Source of the DNA: a virus
Taxonomy: Duplodnaviria > Caudoviricetes
Length of the DNA stretch: 58,810 nucleotides
IMG/VR virus record: IMGVR_UViG_3300021197_000369
Span: 1-58,810 of that record
Direction: 5' to 3' (one strand)
The position numbers were made by a program, and so were the translations under genes. Shown here piece after piece: positions 25,313 through 33,954 of this stretch; within the stretch, counting starts at the first letter, position 1; each line of letters starts with the position of its first letter. The notes under the pieces were generated by a model, which saw nothing but the letters and a program-made list of their open reading frames with translations, was not told the DNA's origin and ran no database searches.

Positions 25313-28300
25313 TACAGTACTTCCCTAGCCATAGAGCCAATGCCAGATCTTATCATACCACCCGCCGCACGTCTAATGGGACGTTGTGCTGTTTCCTTGG
25401 TTACAGGGTCTCTTAAATTTACTATGCGGAGTGGTGTTTTGTAATCAACAGCTAACTCTCGTTTTTTTGCTGTAAACACTCCTTTTTCAATGCCCAACTG
25501 TAGTTCTGTATTCCGTAACTCAGCCTTTTTAGCGTTTAAGGCTGCAATAACTTTCTGACTTTCCGACTCAATCATATCGCCGTCTGTGCCAGTGCGGATA
25601 ACACGTCTACGATTTCCAGATGGTGTTAGTCTATATTGATTGGGATCGTTTTTTAATTCATCAAGACGATTCTTTAGATCTTTTACTTCTTTGCGTAAAG
25701 CTTTTACAGGTGCATCCGCTTGATCAACTTTATCTTTTAGCGGAGTTAATTGTGAGACTACATCAGGGTCGTTTGGATCTATGGCCCGGACAGTAAACTC
25801 TGATTTACTGTTGTTTCCGCTGCCAAAGACAATCGGGTTTGGATCTTCAGAATGATTTCTTAGTTGGACTGTGCCACCAGCATCTGAAAAACCTTTTAGC
25901 GCTTTATCTATGGCGCTACCGTAATTGCGTGAAAATGCAGCCGACACATCGCCCACTTCACTAAATCCGGGTATTGCGTCTTCGTCTCTACCCGGAGCCG
26001 TAGCTAAATACCTAGAATCTGCAATCACGACTCCGTCTAAGCCAAGCTTTTCAGCTTGCTGGATAGCGGATCTAGTAGCAAACTCATAGAATCTTTGATC
26101 AGCGTTGTTTCTATTGCTATATGGCGTAGGTGTCTGAAAACCCTCTGTGCCGTTGGTTGTTATTGTTTTTTTAGCGACCCGTTGCAGTATCTGTAAATCG
26201 TCAGCGTCAGCTTGGCTTTTTATGCTTTCTGAGTATTCATCTTTGGCTTTTATAACGTCCGGCAGAATCTTGTCAGCTTCTTCTGTTACAGCCGCAGCTT
26301 TTGCTAGTAAGTCCTTACGTTCTTTGTTAGCAAAGACTGTGGGGACATGTCTAATCAACAAACCTAAAGCATCGTCGAAATCCCCTTCTATGTCGATCTC
26401 TTTGGGTCTAAAAGCGGATCTGTTGGCATCCGCATAATAACCCGATATATCTAATACATCGTTTTTTAACTTTTCAAAGGCAGGTCCAAATTTATTTTGT
26501 ATGTAGTCTTCACCTAAGGCCGCCTTCAGCGCATCTTGAGCTTTGTTCTCAGTTTTACTGTTTCTTTTGCCAGATAATTTTTTTAAAAGTTCGCTGTCTA
26601 AGTTTGTTACCGCTTCCAAGAATTCATCGGAGTCGTAGATCAATCTTTGTTTTGCCAAATCTAAATATTGGCTACCTACCGTTTCAACTTCATTGTTCAC
26701 AGATGTTATGAAGTTGCGTATGTCTGGCGTTTCTAGATAATCCATAACACGATACCCTTCTTCTAGAACATCGCGTAAATTTTTTGCCTGCTCTACCGAA
26801 ATACCTTCGCCGCCTTGAGTTTCAAAAAAATCATAAATACGGGATTCAACTCGCTCCATGGCATAGGGGTCTGTGTCACCGCCCTCTAGCGCATCTCGTA
26901 GATCATTAAACACACCAGCAGAAAAATCATCGTCATTGTTTAACGCTGCACGAAGTGAGTCACTATATTTTATGACAGCAGTTTCTTGAGTATCGCTATC
27001 CAAAATAAAGTTAGGAGTGCTTTTATATTCTTTACTATTTTTTATTTTATCAGCGGCAGCGTCGTATTCTTTTAGTTGTTTTGTAAGTGTATCGTTTTGT
27101 TTTAAGACATCCGGCTTCATAGCTTCCAGCCTTACCATCTTGTCATGTACTTCCTTTGTGTATGGTATTCTTATACTGTGATCATTTTTTGGTCTTTTGT
27201 TTTTATTAAATGCATCTAGCCTGTCTGAAAGACTTCTTACATATGTGTTGTCTGCAAGTCTTGTCCCACTCACAAGATTTGATACGGCGTTTGATTGAAT
27301 TTCGTTTATCCACAGATATCTTTTTCCATCAGCATCAGTCATAATCTGAAATCTTGTGTGACCGTAGTAACCGGGGTAGGCCCTGTAGTAATCGTGACCA
27401 CCAATACCTTTTGGTTTAGTTCTACCATAGCCGGGTATGTCGATGGTTGGCGCTGAGTTACTGTACACAATAACACCGAGTTCTTGTCCCAGTGCTCTGT
27501 CATCAGATCTATACTGTGCGGTGGTGTAAGGTATGCCGCTGCGGAACGGACCTTCAGTAACATCAGGCGCTAAAGGACCAGTACCACCTTCCAAGAACAG
27601 ACGTTCAACGGTCTGCGGTAAACGAGATGTTATAAGTGTACGCATCTCATCTAGTGTAAACATTGCGTCTGGATCTGCATCCAATATTCTTTGTAGCTCT
27701 GAACCATCAAGTTCCCCAGAACCGCCCGGTGTTTTTCCGTCGTTTCTGAAATGAGCCATATAATCTGCTGCTGATAATTCACCGCCTGCGGTGAATTTAA
27801 CCCCCTTCGGGTTTATCTTTAACTTATCAAAGCTGGTTATAATCGGTGAGTAATGCATGACCGTGCCACCAAATTGATCAGGCATAGAACCTATTGAAAG
27901 CACGTTGGTTGCGTGTAACCCCGGTGACTCATCTAGCGCACCAAGACCTAGCTGAACTGGTGGGTTTATTCCATCATCTAATGGAGTCAAATTGGTTGAC
28001 TGCATCAACGACACTCCCAGTGGGGGAACAGCGGTGTCGTCAAGATCTACTCGTGCCGGTGGTGCAGGGCGATCTGCAAAAGCATCGGTAAAGTCTACGT
28101 CTTGTAACTGCTGTGCAAATGCAGCTTCTTCTGCGCCGTCAACAACATTTTCAAGTGTGTTTTGATTGAACTGGTTGTTGTAAAGTGCGGCCTGTTCTGG
28201 TGTCAGTTGTTCCAGTTCTGTACCTCTACGACCAGCCATTTCATTGCGAAGCGTAAATCTGTCTATCTCAAGTCTTGCTATGAAACCTTGCGTGTCAGAA

Positions 28301-29091
28301 TTAACAAGATTTAAAATAGTGCCGGGATCGTCTGTTTGTTGAGTCATATTTGGAAAACGCCGCATGAACATGTCAGCGACAAGCATATCATTTGCCTCTA
28401 GAGCTTCTGCCAAGCCTTCCTCTCCCGCATCTCTGCGTCCTTGAAACTGTTGTCGGTCTTTCAGTAACTGAACATCTTCAGCCAACAGACCATGCTCTGC
28501 AGCCAATTCGTCTTCATTTAAAGCACCAAACCGAAAGCGCTGGTAATTAAGTCTAAGACCCTCACTGAATGTCTCGTTTCTCCTAAGTATGTCACCAATA
28601 CCGCCAGTAACAGACGACTCAGGTTCGCGGCTCAAGGCTTCACGCACTCTGCCATAGATTTTCTTGGCGGCTGGTGTTGCAGCGTCAACCACCTTTTCGC
28701 CAACCACGCCACCGACGGCACCAATACCCGTACCAATGGCAGCGGTTTTGATCGTGCCCTCTACACCCTCGCCCTCACCGATGCCGTATATCCCACCTTC
28801 GATTGCACCAAGCTTCCCAGCACCTCGGACCCCTGCTCTCAGTAACCCGATGCCAAGACCAACACCCGTGGGTATCGCACCTACGATCTCGGTCCCGTAT
28901 GCTGCCACTGGATTTGTCTCGCGGAATTCTTCTATATCTTCACGGATGTCTTTGACTTCTTGTTGGTAGGTTCTGTCGCTCATGGCAGCGCGTACCAGAG
29001 CTTCTATCTCGTCACCAAAGCCAAAAGTAACACCCTGACCTGCTGCTCTAAGCAGATTGCCTGCGTAACTTGTATCGGAATCTTGAGCCAT
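25312..29091 (-). CDS. Large protein, putative internal virion/ejected protein
   Basis: 1259 aa; N-term AGQGVTFGFGDEIEA plus Gly/Ala hydrophobic helices; internal HTRF...LWINEIQS; C-term RAAGGMI. Confidence 0.6.
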   Translation of the reverse strand: MAQDSDTSYAGNLLRAAGQGVTFGFGDEIEALVRAAMSDRTYQQEVKDIREDIEEFRETNPVAAYGTEIVGAIPTGVGLGIGLLRAGVRGAGKLGAIEGGIYGIGEGEGVEGTIKTAAIGTGIGAVGGVVGEKVVDAATPAAKKIYGRVREALSREPESSVTGGIGDILRRNETFSEGLRLNYQRFRFGALNEDELAAEHGLLAEDVQLLKDRQQFQGRRDAGEEGLAEALEANDMLVADMFMRRFPNMTQQTDDPGTILNLVNSDTQGFIARLEIDRFTLRNEMAGRRGTELEQLTPEQAALYNNQFNQNTLENVVDGAEEAAFAQQLQDVDFTDAFADRPAPPARVDLDDTAVPPLGVSLMQSTNLTPLDDGINPPVQLGLGALDESPGLHATNVLSIGSMPDQFGGTVMHYSPIITSFDKLKINPKGVKFTAGGELSAADYMAHFRNDGKTPGGSGELDGSELQRILDADPDAMFTLDEMRTLITSRLPQTVERLFLEGGTGPLAPDVTEGPFRSGIPYTTAQYRSDDRALGQELGVIVYSNSAPTIDIPGYGRTKPKGIGGHDYYRAYPGYYGHTRFQIMTDADGKRYLWINEIQSNAVSNLVSGTRLADNTYVRSLSDRLDAFNKNKRPKNDHSIRIPYTKEVHDKMVRLEAMKPDVLKQNDTLTKQLKEYDAAADKIKNSKEYKSTPNFILDSDTQETAVIKYSDSLRAALNNDDDFSAGVFNDLRDALEGGDTDPYAMERVESRIYDFFETQGGEGISVEQAKNLRDVLEEGYRVMDYLETPDIRNFITSVNNEVETVGSQYLDLAKQRLIYDSDEFLEAVTNLDSELLKKLSGKRNSKTENKAQDALKAALGEDYIQNKFGPAFEKLKNDVLDISGYYADANRSAFRPKEIDIEGDFDDALGLLIRHVPTVFANKERKDLLAKAAAVTEEADKILPDVIKAKDEYSESIKSQADADDLQILQRVAKKTITTNGTEGFQTPTPYSNRNNADQRFYEFATRSAIQQAEKLGLDGVVIADSRYLATAPGRDEDAIPGFSEVGDVSAAFSRNYGSAIDKALKGFSDAGGTVQLRNHSEDPNPIVFGSGNNSKSEFTVRAIDPNDPDVVSQLTPLKDKVDQADAPVKALRKEVKDLKNRLDELKNDPNQYRLTPSGNRRRVIRTGTDGDMIESESQKVIAALNAKKAELRNTELQLGIEKGVFTAKKRELAVDYKTPLRIVNLRDPVTKETAQRPIRRAAGGMIRSGIGSMAREVL

Positions 29092-30581
29092 TAATAATAT
29101 TCTCTAGCGCGTGGGGGCGGGTCGTCTTCAAACTCTTCGCCGTCTAAACTGATAAAGCCACCCTGACGAAAACGCATCAAGGCCATAGTCATACTATCAC
29201 AAAAATCATCGTGGTCGCCATTAGGAAATGACGCAATTTCTTCAATGACCTCGTCTGCAAATTTTTCACCAGAAGGATACCACACTTTGCCGGATTCAAA
29301 AATAGGAGACACAATATGCATGCGGGTTGTCTTGTCCATGCCCCCGCCACCGCGTTTGCGGCCCGGGCTGAATGTGGCAACAGGTAAATTCAGCATACGC
29401 ATCTCGTCCGCCAGCGGCTGACCCGACGCTTTGGCCTCTATTAGCATCAATTCTGGCTCCCAATACTCGTATTCTTCCTGTGCTATACCCTTTAACTCAG
29501 GAAAATTCCAGCGTCCCTTCTTTGCATCTATCAATATCAAGTGTTGTTCGCCGTTTTCGTGTGGTTGAAACACACCCCACGTCGTAATAGCAGAATAATC
29601 AGCCGTTTCCTTCTTGCTGTAGGCCGTATCGTACGATTGAATGATGTAATCTAGCTTTGGTATAGCGTCCTCGCCCCATTCTTTCCACCATTCCCGCTTG
29701 ACCATAGCGGTTTCTTCTGATGTGGGGTTTTGTTGCCACTGCGCGTTCCATTTTCCTACCGACAGCGAAGCTTTGACCTTGAGTAACTCTTCCTTTTGCC
29801 AAAATTCAGGCCACAATGGTTCCCCCGACGGCATAATTGCAGGAAATTCAACGATTTCCCACTGATCAGCCATCAAATCCTTGCTCATTGCGGTCAGTAA
29901 CCTGCCCGTTATGTCCTTTTTTGACCATCTGGTCTGCACAATAATGATGGTTCCCCCCGGCTGTAGACGCTGACGAGGCCCAGATGTGTACCACTCCCAC
30001 GCATTATCATACGCAGACGTGGATAAAGCGTCCTGTTCCGAGTGCGGATCGTCAATTATAAGCAAATCCGCGCCACGACCAGTCATTGCAGCACCCACCC
30101 CGGCTGCAAAATATTCCCCACCAGCGCTAGTCTCCCACCGACCTGCCGCTTGGCTATCCGGTTTTAAGTCCGTATTCGGAAAAATCTCGTGATAGACTGG
30201 GTCGGCAATCAGATCACGGACCTTACGACCAAATCTTACAGCAAGTTCCGTATTCATGGTAGCCTGAATAATCTTGAGCTTGGGATTACGGCCCAAGAAC
30301 CAAGATGGCATGAGGTAGGATGCAAATTCAGACTTAGAGTGCCGAGGTGGCATGTTCACAATCAAACGCTTTAAGTCACCCGACGCAATGCGCTCTAACT
30401 TTTCCGATATGATTCTATGATGGGTCCCCTCTATAAAGCCGTCGTATACGTGCTTTACGTACGACATAAACTTATCTTGGGCCTCGGACCTTGTAACTAG
30501 GCGCTTTTGCTGCTCTTCCAGTAACAGGATTTCCTTTAGGACTTCCTCTGGCAGCAGGTCTAGGTTTTGCATGTCTGTCAT
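29091..30581 (-). CDS. terL: Terminase large subunit
   Basis: Walker A-like MPPRHSKS, Walker B LLIIDDP, nuclease SYDTA...HDDFCDS; probable start MTDMQNL at 30581. Confidence 0.95.
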   Translation of the reverse strand: MTDMQNLDLLPEEVLKEILLLEEQQKRLVTRSEAQDKFMSYVKHVYDGFIEGTHHRIISEKLERIASGDLKRLIVNMPPRHSKSEFASYLMPSWFLGRNPKLKIIQATMNTELAVRFGRKVRDLIADPVYHEIFPNTDLKPDSQAAGRWETSAGGEYFAAGVGAAMTGRGADLLIIDDPHSEQDALSTSAYDNAWEWYTSGPRQRLQPGGTIIIVQTRWSKKDITGRLLTAMSKDLMADQWEIVEFPAIMPSGEPLWPEFWQKEELLKVKASLSVGKWNAQWQQNPTSEETAMVKREWWKEWGEDAIPKLDYIIQSYDTAYSKKETADYSAITTWGVFQPHENGEQHLILIDAKKGRWNFPELKGIAQEEYEYWEPELMLIEAKASGQPLADEMRMLNLPVATFSPGRKRGGGGMDKTTRMHIVSPIFESGKVWYPSGEKFADEVIEEIASFPNGDHDDFCDSMTMALMRFRQGGFISLDGEEFEDDPPPRAREYY

Positions 30582-30623
30582 GCCCAAACGATAATATCGC
30601 TGAATGAATTTATCAACCCTGCA

Positions 30624-30673
30624 AATTGTGCACAATTGTGCGCAGCTTGTATACAATATATGGGGGTGGGGTG
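30624..30673. promoter_or_regulatory. Palindrome cluster plus G-tract upstream of terL
   Basis: AATTGTGCACAATT (30624-37), GCACAATTGTGC (30630-41), TTGTATACAA (30647-56), then GGGGGTGGGGGTG. Confidence 0.45.
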
Positions 30674-30824
30674 TCTGCCACAGCCAAAGCTGATTGTCAA
30701 TCAGAATCAGTAACCCGGTCGTTGCCAATATAGCAAAACACATTTGCTAATTATTGGGGTAATGCTGCGTTGCCATCCGTCGTACAATCTTATCAAGAAC
30801 CAACTGTGTCTAAAGGAGGAGACC

Positions 30825-31013
30825 ATGACACATACACACATAGCCACCATCAAGGGCATCCGCTGCTTTGAGCATGAGACCCATGGCGATGAACATCCCA
30901 TCTTGTTTAAGCTGCGTGACCAGTTCGTGAGCAGCGGGTTGTATGACCTGCTGGATCATGACGAGGTCGTTGACGCATACAACAACGTGAAGGGAGAAAT
31001 GGACAATGACTGA
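30825..31013 (+). CDS. Small early hypothetical protein
   Basis: Strong AAAGGAGG RBS before ATG 30825. Confidence 0.7.
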   Translation: MTHTHIATIKGIRCFEHETHGDEHPILFKLRDQFVSSGLYDLLDHDEVVDAYNNVKGEMDND

Positions 31014-31110
31014 GATCATACTGTTGGTATTGCTGGGCTGGGTCGTCATCGCTTGCTGGTGCCTGATGGCATCACTCTGGGATCTTCGGAACCATGACCT
31101 TGAAAACTAG
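31006..31110 (+). CDS. Small membrane peptide (34 aa)
   Basis: MTEIILLVLLGWVVIACWCLMASLWDLRNHDLEN; overlaps the upstream stop and ends just before a terminator. Confidence 0.5.
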   Translation: MTEIILLVLLGWVVIACWCLMASLWDLRNHDLEN

Positions 31111-31113
31111 AAC

Positions 31114-31140
31114 GAAGGCGGCGCAAGCCGCCTTCTCTTC
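31114..31140 (+). terminator. Terminator-like hairpin
   Basis: GAAGGCGGC-GCAA-GCCGCCTTC followed by TCTTC. Confidence 0.7.
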
Positions 31141-31146
31141 CCGCCA

Positions 31147-31192
31147 AGCGCGGCGCGGCGGCGGTCGGGCGCAGGTCGCAGAACGCAGATCG
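31147..31192 (+). repeat. GC-rich repeat copy 1 plus CGCAG heptamers
   Basis: AGCGCGGCGCGGCGGCGGTCGGGCGCAGGTCG, 31/32 identical to 31944-31975. Confidence 0.9.
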
Positions 31193-31315
31193 ATTATTGC
31201 ATTTTTAACAAAAGACATTTGCCAAACTAGCTATTGTATTAGTCCATTGTAAAGACTACTTTGGATACATGGGATTTCCCCATAGTGTTAACAGTCAAAT
31301 AGAAGGGATATTATT

Positions 31316-31630
31316 ATGACTGATATTATCATCAACATTACCGTTGCAGCAGACGGTAAACCAAAGGTCGAGGTGCGCCAGCCCGTGACCGTTGGTAAGA
31401 AAGTGTCAAGCGCACCGAAGCTTGGCTCTCCTAAGTTGTCCACTATATCTCGCAATAAGCGCATGATTTTAAACGTCCTGCGTGATGCGCGAGGTGGTCG
31501 CGTGACTCGCAGATTCATAGAGCGTCAGACTGGTTTGTCTACCAGTTCTGTTTACGATGGCATCTGGCGTCTGCGTCACGAGAATGGTGTTTCGATAACC
31601 ACTAAGAGAGGTTATCGTTTGGTCGGGTAA
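31316..31630 (+). CDS. Winged-HTH-like DNA-binding protein
   Basis: ILNVL...VTRRFIERQTGLSTSSVYDGIWRLR...GVSI...GYRL; AGAAGGGA RBS. Confidence 0.7.
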   Translation: MTDIIINITVAADGKPKVEVRQPVTVGKKVSSAPKLGSPKLSTISRNKRMILNVLRDARGGRVTRRFIERQTGLSTSSVYDGIWRLRHENGVSITTKRGYRLVG

Positions 31631-31646
31631 TATCCCGCCCGACTCG

Positions 31647-31687
31647 GCGGCTGTGGTGTTCTCCCTACCACAGCCGCTCTTTTTTTT
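31647..31687 (+). terminator. Rho-independent terminator
   Basis: GCGGCTGTGGT / ACCACAGCCGC stem followed by TCTTTTTTTT. Confidence 0.8.
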
Positions 31688-31700
31688 AGGAGATGATACT

Positions 31701-31892
31701 ATGACATTTGATAGTTTTATGAAGGCATGTGACAAAGAACTGTCCGGTCTGGGCTGGCCTATGGGCGTCGAATCTTTGCCCGATGCCATGTGGCGAGACT
31801 ACTACGAAGACGGTATGTGCGTTGTTGATGCATTGCAGACAGCCAACGACGATCACTGGGACAATCAACTTGATTGTCTGTTGTATGGTTAA
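31701..31892 (+). CDS. Small acidic early protein
   Basis: AGGAG RBS; LPDAMWRDYYEDG motif. Confidence 0.7.
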   Translation: MTFDSFMKACDKELSGLGWPMGVESLPDAMWRDYYEDGMCVVDALQTANDDHWDNQLDCLLYG

Positions 31893-31907
31893 CAACCAAG
31901 GAAGGGA

Positions 31908-31938
31908 AAAAGAGCGGGCATTGCCCGCTCTTTTGTTT
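31908..31938. terminator. Bidirectional terminator
   Basis: AAAAGAGCGGGC-ATT-GCCCGCTCTTTT. Confidence 0.85.
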
Positions 31939-31943
31939 GCAGC

Positions 31944-31992
31944 AGCGCGGCGCGGCGACGGTCGGGCGCAGGTCGGGCGCAGATCGCAGATT
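31944..31992 (+). repeat. GC-rich repeat copy 2 plus CGCAG heptamers
   Basis: AGCGCGGCGCGGCGACGGTCGGGCGCAGGTCG followed by GGCGCAGATCGCAGAT. Confidence 0.9.
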
Positions 31993-32052
31993 GTTGTTGT
32001 CTTATACATTTATTTATGGGATAATCTTATAAACCATTAGAAGGGGTATCAA

Positions 32053-32760
32053 ATGGAACAGGACACCGAGTTAGAAATACTCAAGACAAATGTAAATAAT
32101 CCCGCTCAAAGTGATAAAGCGAAATCACTAATGCGGGAGCGCATAGAACAGATAAAGGAAGACAAAAAACTTTTGTCCAATGTCTCAAAAATGCCGGGCT
32201 ACTCTATTAGCCGCTCTGCATGGCTGTGTCACGTCGGGCAAAAGCTACGCAAAATAAAAGGCAGCACCTGTGAAAAGTGTTATGCATGCAAAGGCATGTA
32301 TAATATGCCAAACGTCAAAAACGCAATGGAACGGCGCGAGATATTTTTTCACGCGTTGGATTTTGTCCCGCGAATGGTCGCTGTTCTTAACACGTTGCGC
32401 TTGCCTGAATTCAGATGGTTTGATAGCGGCGACTGTGACAGCGTCCGCATGGGTCACAATATTCTAGACGTATGCGAAGCAACACCAGAAAAAAAGCATT
32501 GGATACCGAGCCGCGAATATAAAATCTGGAGCGACGTTTTAAAAACGCGCAAACTACCCGACAACGTCACGTTGCGGATGTCAGCGCATATGATAGACGG
32601 CGCACCGTCAAAGGGCTGTAATAATACCAGCACCGTTGCCAGCCATGGCAGCAAAACATCCGGTCATGTTTGCCCAGCACCGTTGAACGATGGTAAATGC
32701 GGCGACTGTCGCGCTTGCTGGGATCGCACCGTTGACAATATCACGTATTACCAACACTAG
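32053..32760 (+). CDS. GP88-like (radical-SAM-like) Cys-rich protein
   Basis: SKMPG...C-x13-CxxCYA, FRWFDSGD, C-term CPA...CxxCxxCW. Confidence 0.7.
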   Translation: MEQDTELEILKTNVNNPAQSDKAKSLMRERIEQIKEDKKLLSNVSKMPGYSISRSAWLCHVGQKLRKIKGSTCEKCYACKGMYNMPNVKNAMERREIFFHALDFVPRMVAVLNTLRLPEFRWFDSGDCDSVRMGHNILDVCEATPEKKHWIPSREYKIWSDVLKTRKLPDNVTLRMSAHMIDGAPSKGCNNTSTVASHGSKTSGHVCPAPLNDGKCGDCRACWDRTVDNITYYQH

Positions 32761-32766
32761 GACAGC

Positions 32767-32799
32767 AAGCATAGCGGGTTTACCCGCTATGCTTTTGTT
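32767..32799. terminator. Terminator between convergent genes
   Basis: AAGCATAGCGGGT-TT-ACCCGCTATGCTT followed by TTGTT. Confidence 0.85.
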
Positions 32800-32802
32800 G
32801 TG

Positions 32803-33243
32803 TCACGAACGCGCCGCGCCGTCCGCAGGTTGCAGGTCGCAGTTCCACCGTGCAAGGGCGCAGGTGCGAAGCGCAGAAGGCGCAGATCGCAGGTCGCCGC
32901 ACCATGAGGCCGCAGGTCGCAGGTCATCGATCCTTGAACCTTGCAACTTGGCTGCTAAACCCCCGTCAAATAAAAATACATCGCCCGTCGAGGGGCAGTG
33001 CAGCAAGAAAAAACTTACACCATTACAGCGTGTATGCCCCAAATGCCAAGCGATCTGGGACTTTGACACAGAGACCTTGCCATTTTTAATTATTTTTAAT
33101 TCAGACCAAATTGGTACGCCATCCATGCACAGATATACATCTGGCATACCCTCACCCGCTCTGTTTTCTATCCGCTGGAAGTGGGTCTTTTTCGGTAAAT
33201 TTTGCTTCAATGAGTTCCACAGGCTCTGCTCTGTTCGTGGCAT
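32803..33243 (-). CDS. PD-(D/E)XK nuclease (VRR-NUC/Holliday junction resolvase-like)
   Basis: E..LW...RIEN...GMPD...WSELK...SQIAWH. Confidence 0.8.
   Translation of the reverse strand: MPRTEQSLWNSLKQNLPKKTHFQRIENRAGEGMPDVYLCMDGVPIWSELKIIKNGKVSVSKSQIAWHLGHTRCNGVSFFLLHCPSTGDVFLFDGGLAAKLQGSRIDDLRPAASWCGDLRSAPSALRTCALARWNCDLQPADGAARS
32810..32926 (+). repeat. CGCAG(G/A)T heptamer cluster
   Basis: About nine YGCAG units on the + strand, including tandem CGCAGGT-TGCAGGT-CGCAGTT and CGCAGGT-CGCAGGT. Confidence 0.8.
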
Positions 33244-33754
33244 CTTCAACCCTCTTCATTTCAGGTTCGGGGAATGCATTTGGGTATTGCTTCCTGATAG
33301 CGGCGAGTCGAGCGACGATGTCTTCACGCGAAAGGTTGTCGAGTTGATGCACATGTGTGGACTCTCGCCTATCGATGGTCAAACCACCCAGACTAGATCG
33401 TATCTTTTCAGCATTGATGGCGGCACTAAATTGTCCAGCCTCTTCAGCCGATATAGACAATTCTTCAAATCGTTTAAGTTGATTGATCAAGGTCACGCCA
33501 TATCTGCGCTCTCTGGCTTGCCGCATGTCTTTGATCAGTTCAGGCACATCAGGGAACGATTTACCGTCAAGCAGTTTGGCGGCATGTTGTGCGGCGCTAC
33601 CTTCAGCGTAGCCAGCTTTTCTAGCGCACTCTGCGTTGGAGTATTTACCCTCGACATAATACTTGGCAAATTCACGCTGTCTGTTGGTAAGCCCAGCAGG
33701 TCTACCAGCTTTTCCTATAGTGTTTTCTGTGGGTTTATCAGTTTTATTTTCCAA
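33152..33754 (-). CDS. terS: Terminase small subunit
   Basis: LTNRQREFAKYY...AECARKAGYA..SA...AAKLL HTH; SAAINAE. Probable TTG start at 33754 after GAGGA (ORF open to 33778). Confidence 0.8.
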   Translation of the reverse strand: MENKTDKPTENTIGKAGRPAGLTNRQREFAKYYVEGKYSNAECARKAGYAEGSAAQHAAKLLDGKSFPDVPELIKDMRQARERRYGVTLINQLKRFEELSISAEEAGQFSAAINAEKIRSSLGGLTIDRRESTHVHQLDNLSREDIVARLAAIRKQYPNAFPEPEMKRVEDATNRAEPVELIEAKFTEKDPLPADRKQSG

Positions 33755-33778
33755 AATCCATCCTCGTACAGACTCCAA

Positions 33779-33858
33779 AGTGTTACAGTGATACAGAAGT
33801 GGTACAGCTATAACCGTTATCCAGTAAGGGTTGTATCACTTGTACCGTTTGTATCACT
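33779..33858. repeat. Inverted 9-mer array (AGTGNTACA x3 / TGTAYCRYT x3)
   Basis: Left copies at 33779, 33787, 33798; inverted copies at 33832, 33841, 33850; followed by an AT-rich tract. Confidence 0.8.
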
Positions 33859-33926
33859 ATTTTCAGAAAAAAATAAATTAAATCGTTTACCCGTAGAAAA
33901 CATTATATGTCCTGTTACTTTTATGT

Positions 33927-33954
33927 TTGACCTTATGGGATATTATGCTAGGAT
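33927..33954 (+). promoter_or_regulatory. Sigma70-like early promoter
   Basis: TTGACC-N16-TAGGAT with an extended TGn, at the head of the + strand operon. Confidence 0.6.

Noticed and set aside
30582-30743. 54-aa N-terminal extension of TerL
   Set aside because: It runs through the palindrome/G-tract region with atypical residues; MTDMQNL at 30581 is the more plausible start.
31147-32926. CRISPR mini-array or integron
   Set aside because: Only two near-exact repeats about 800 bp apart with genes between them; no cas or intI gene and no attC-like GTTRRRY boxes seen.
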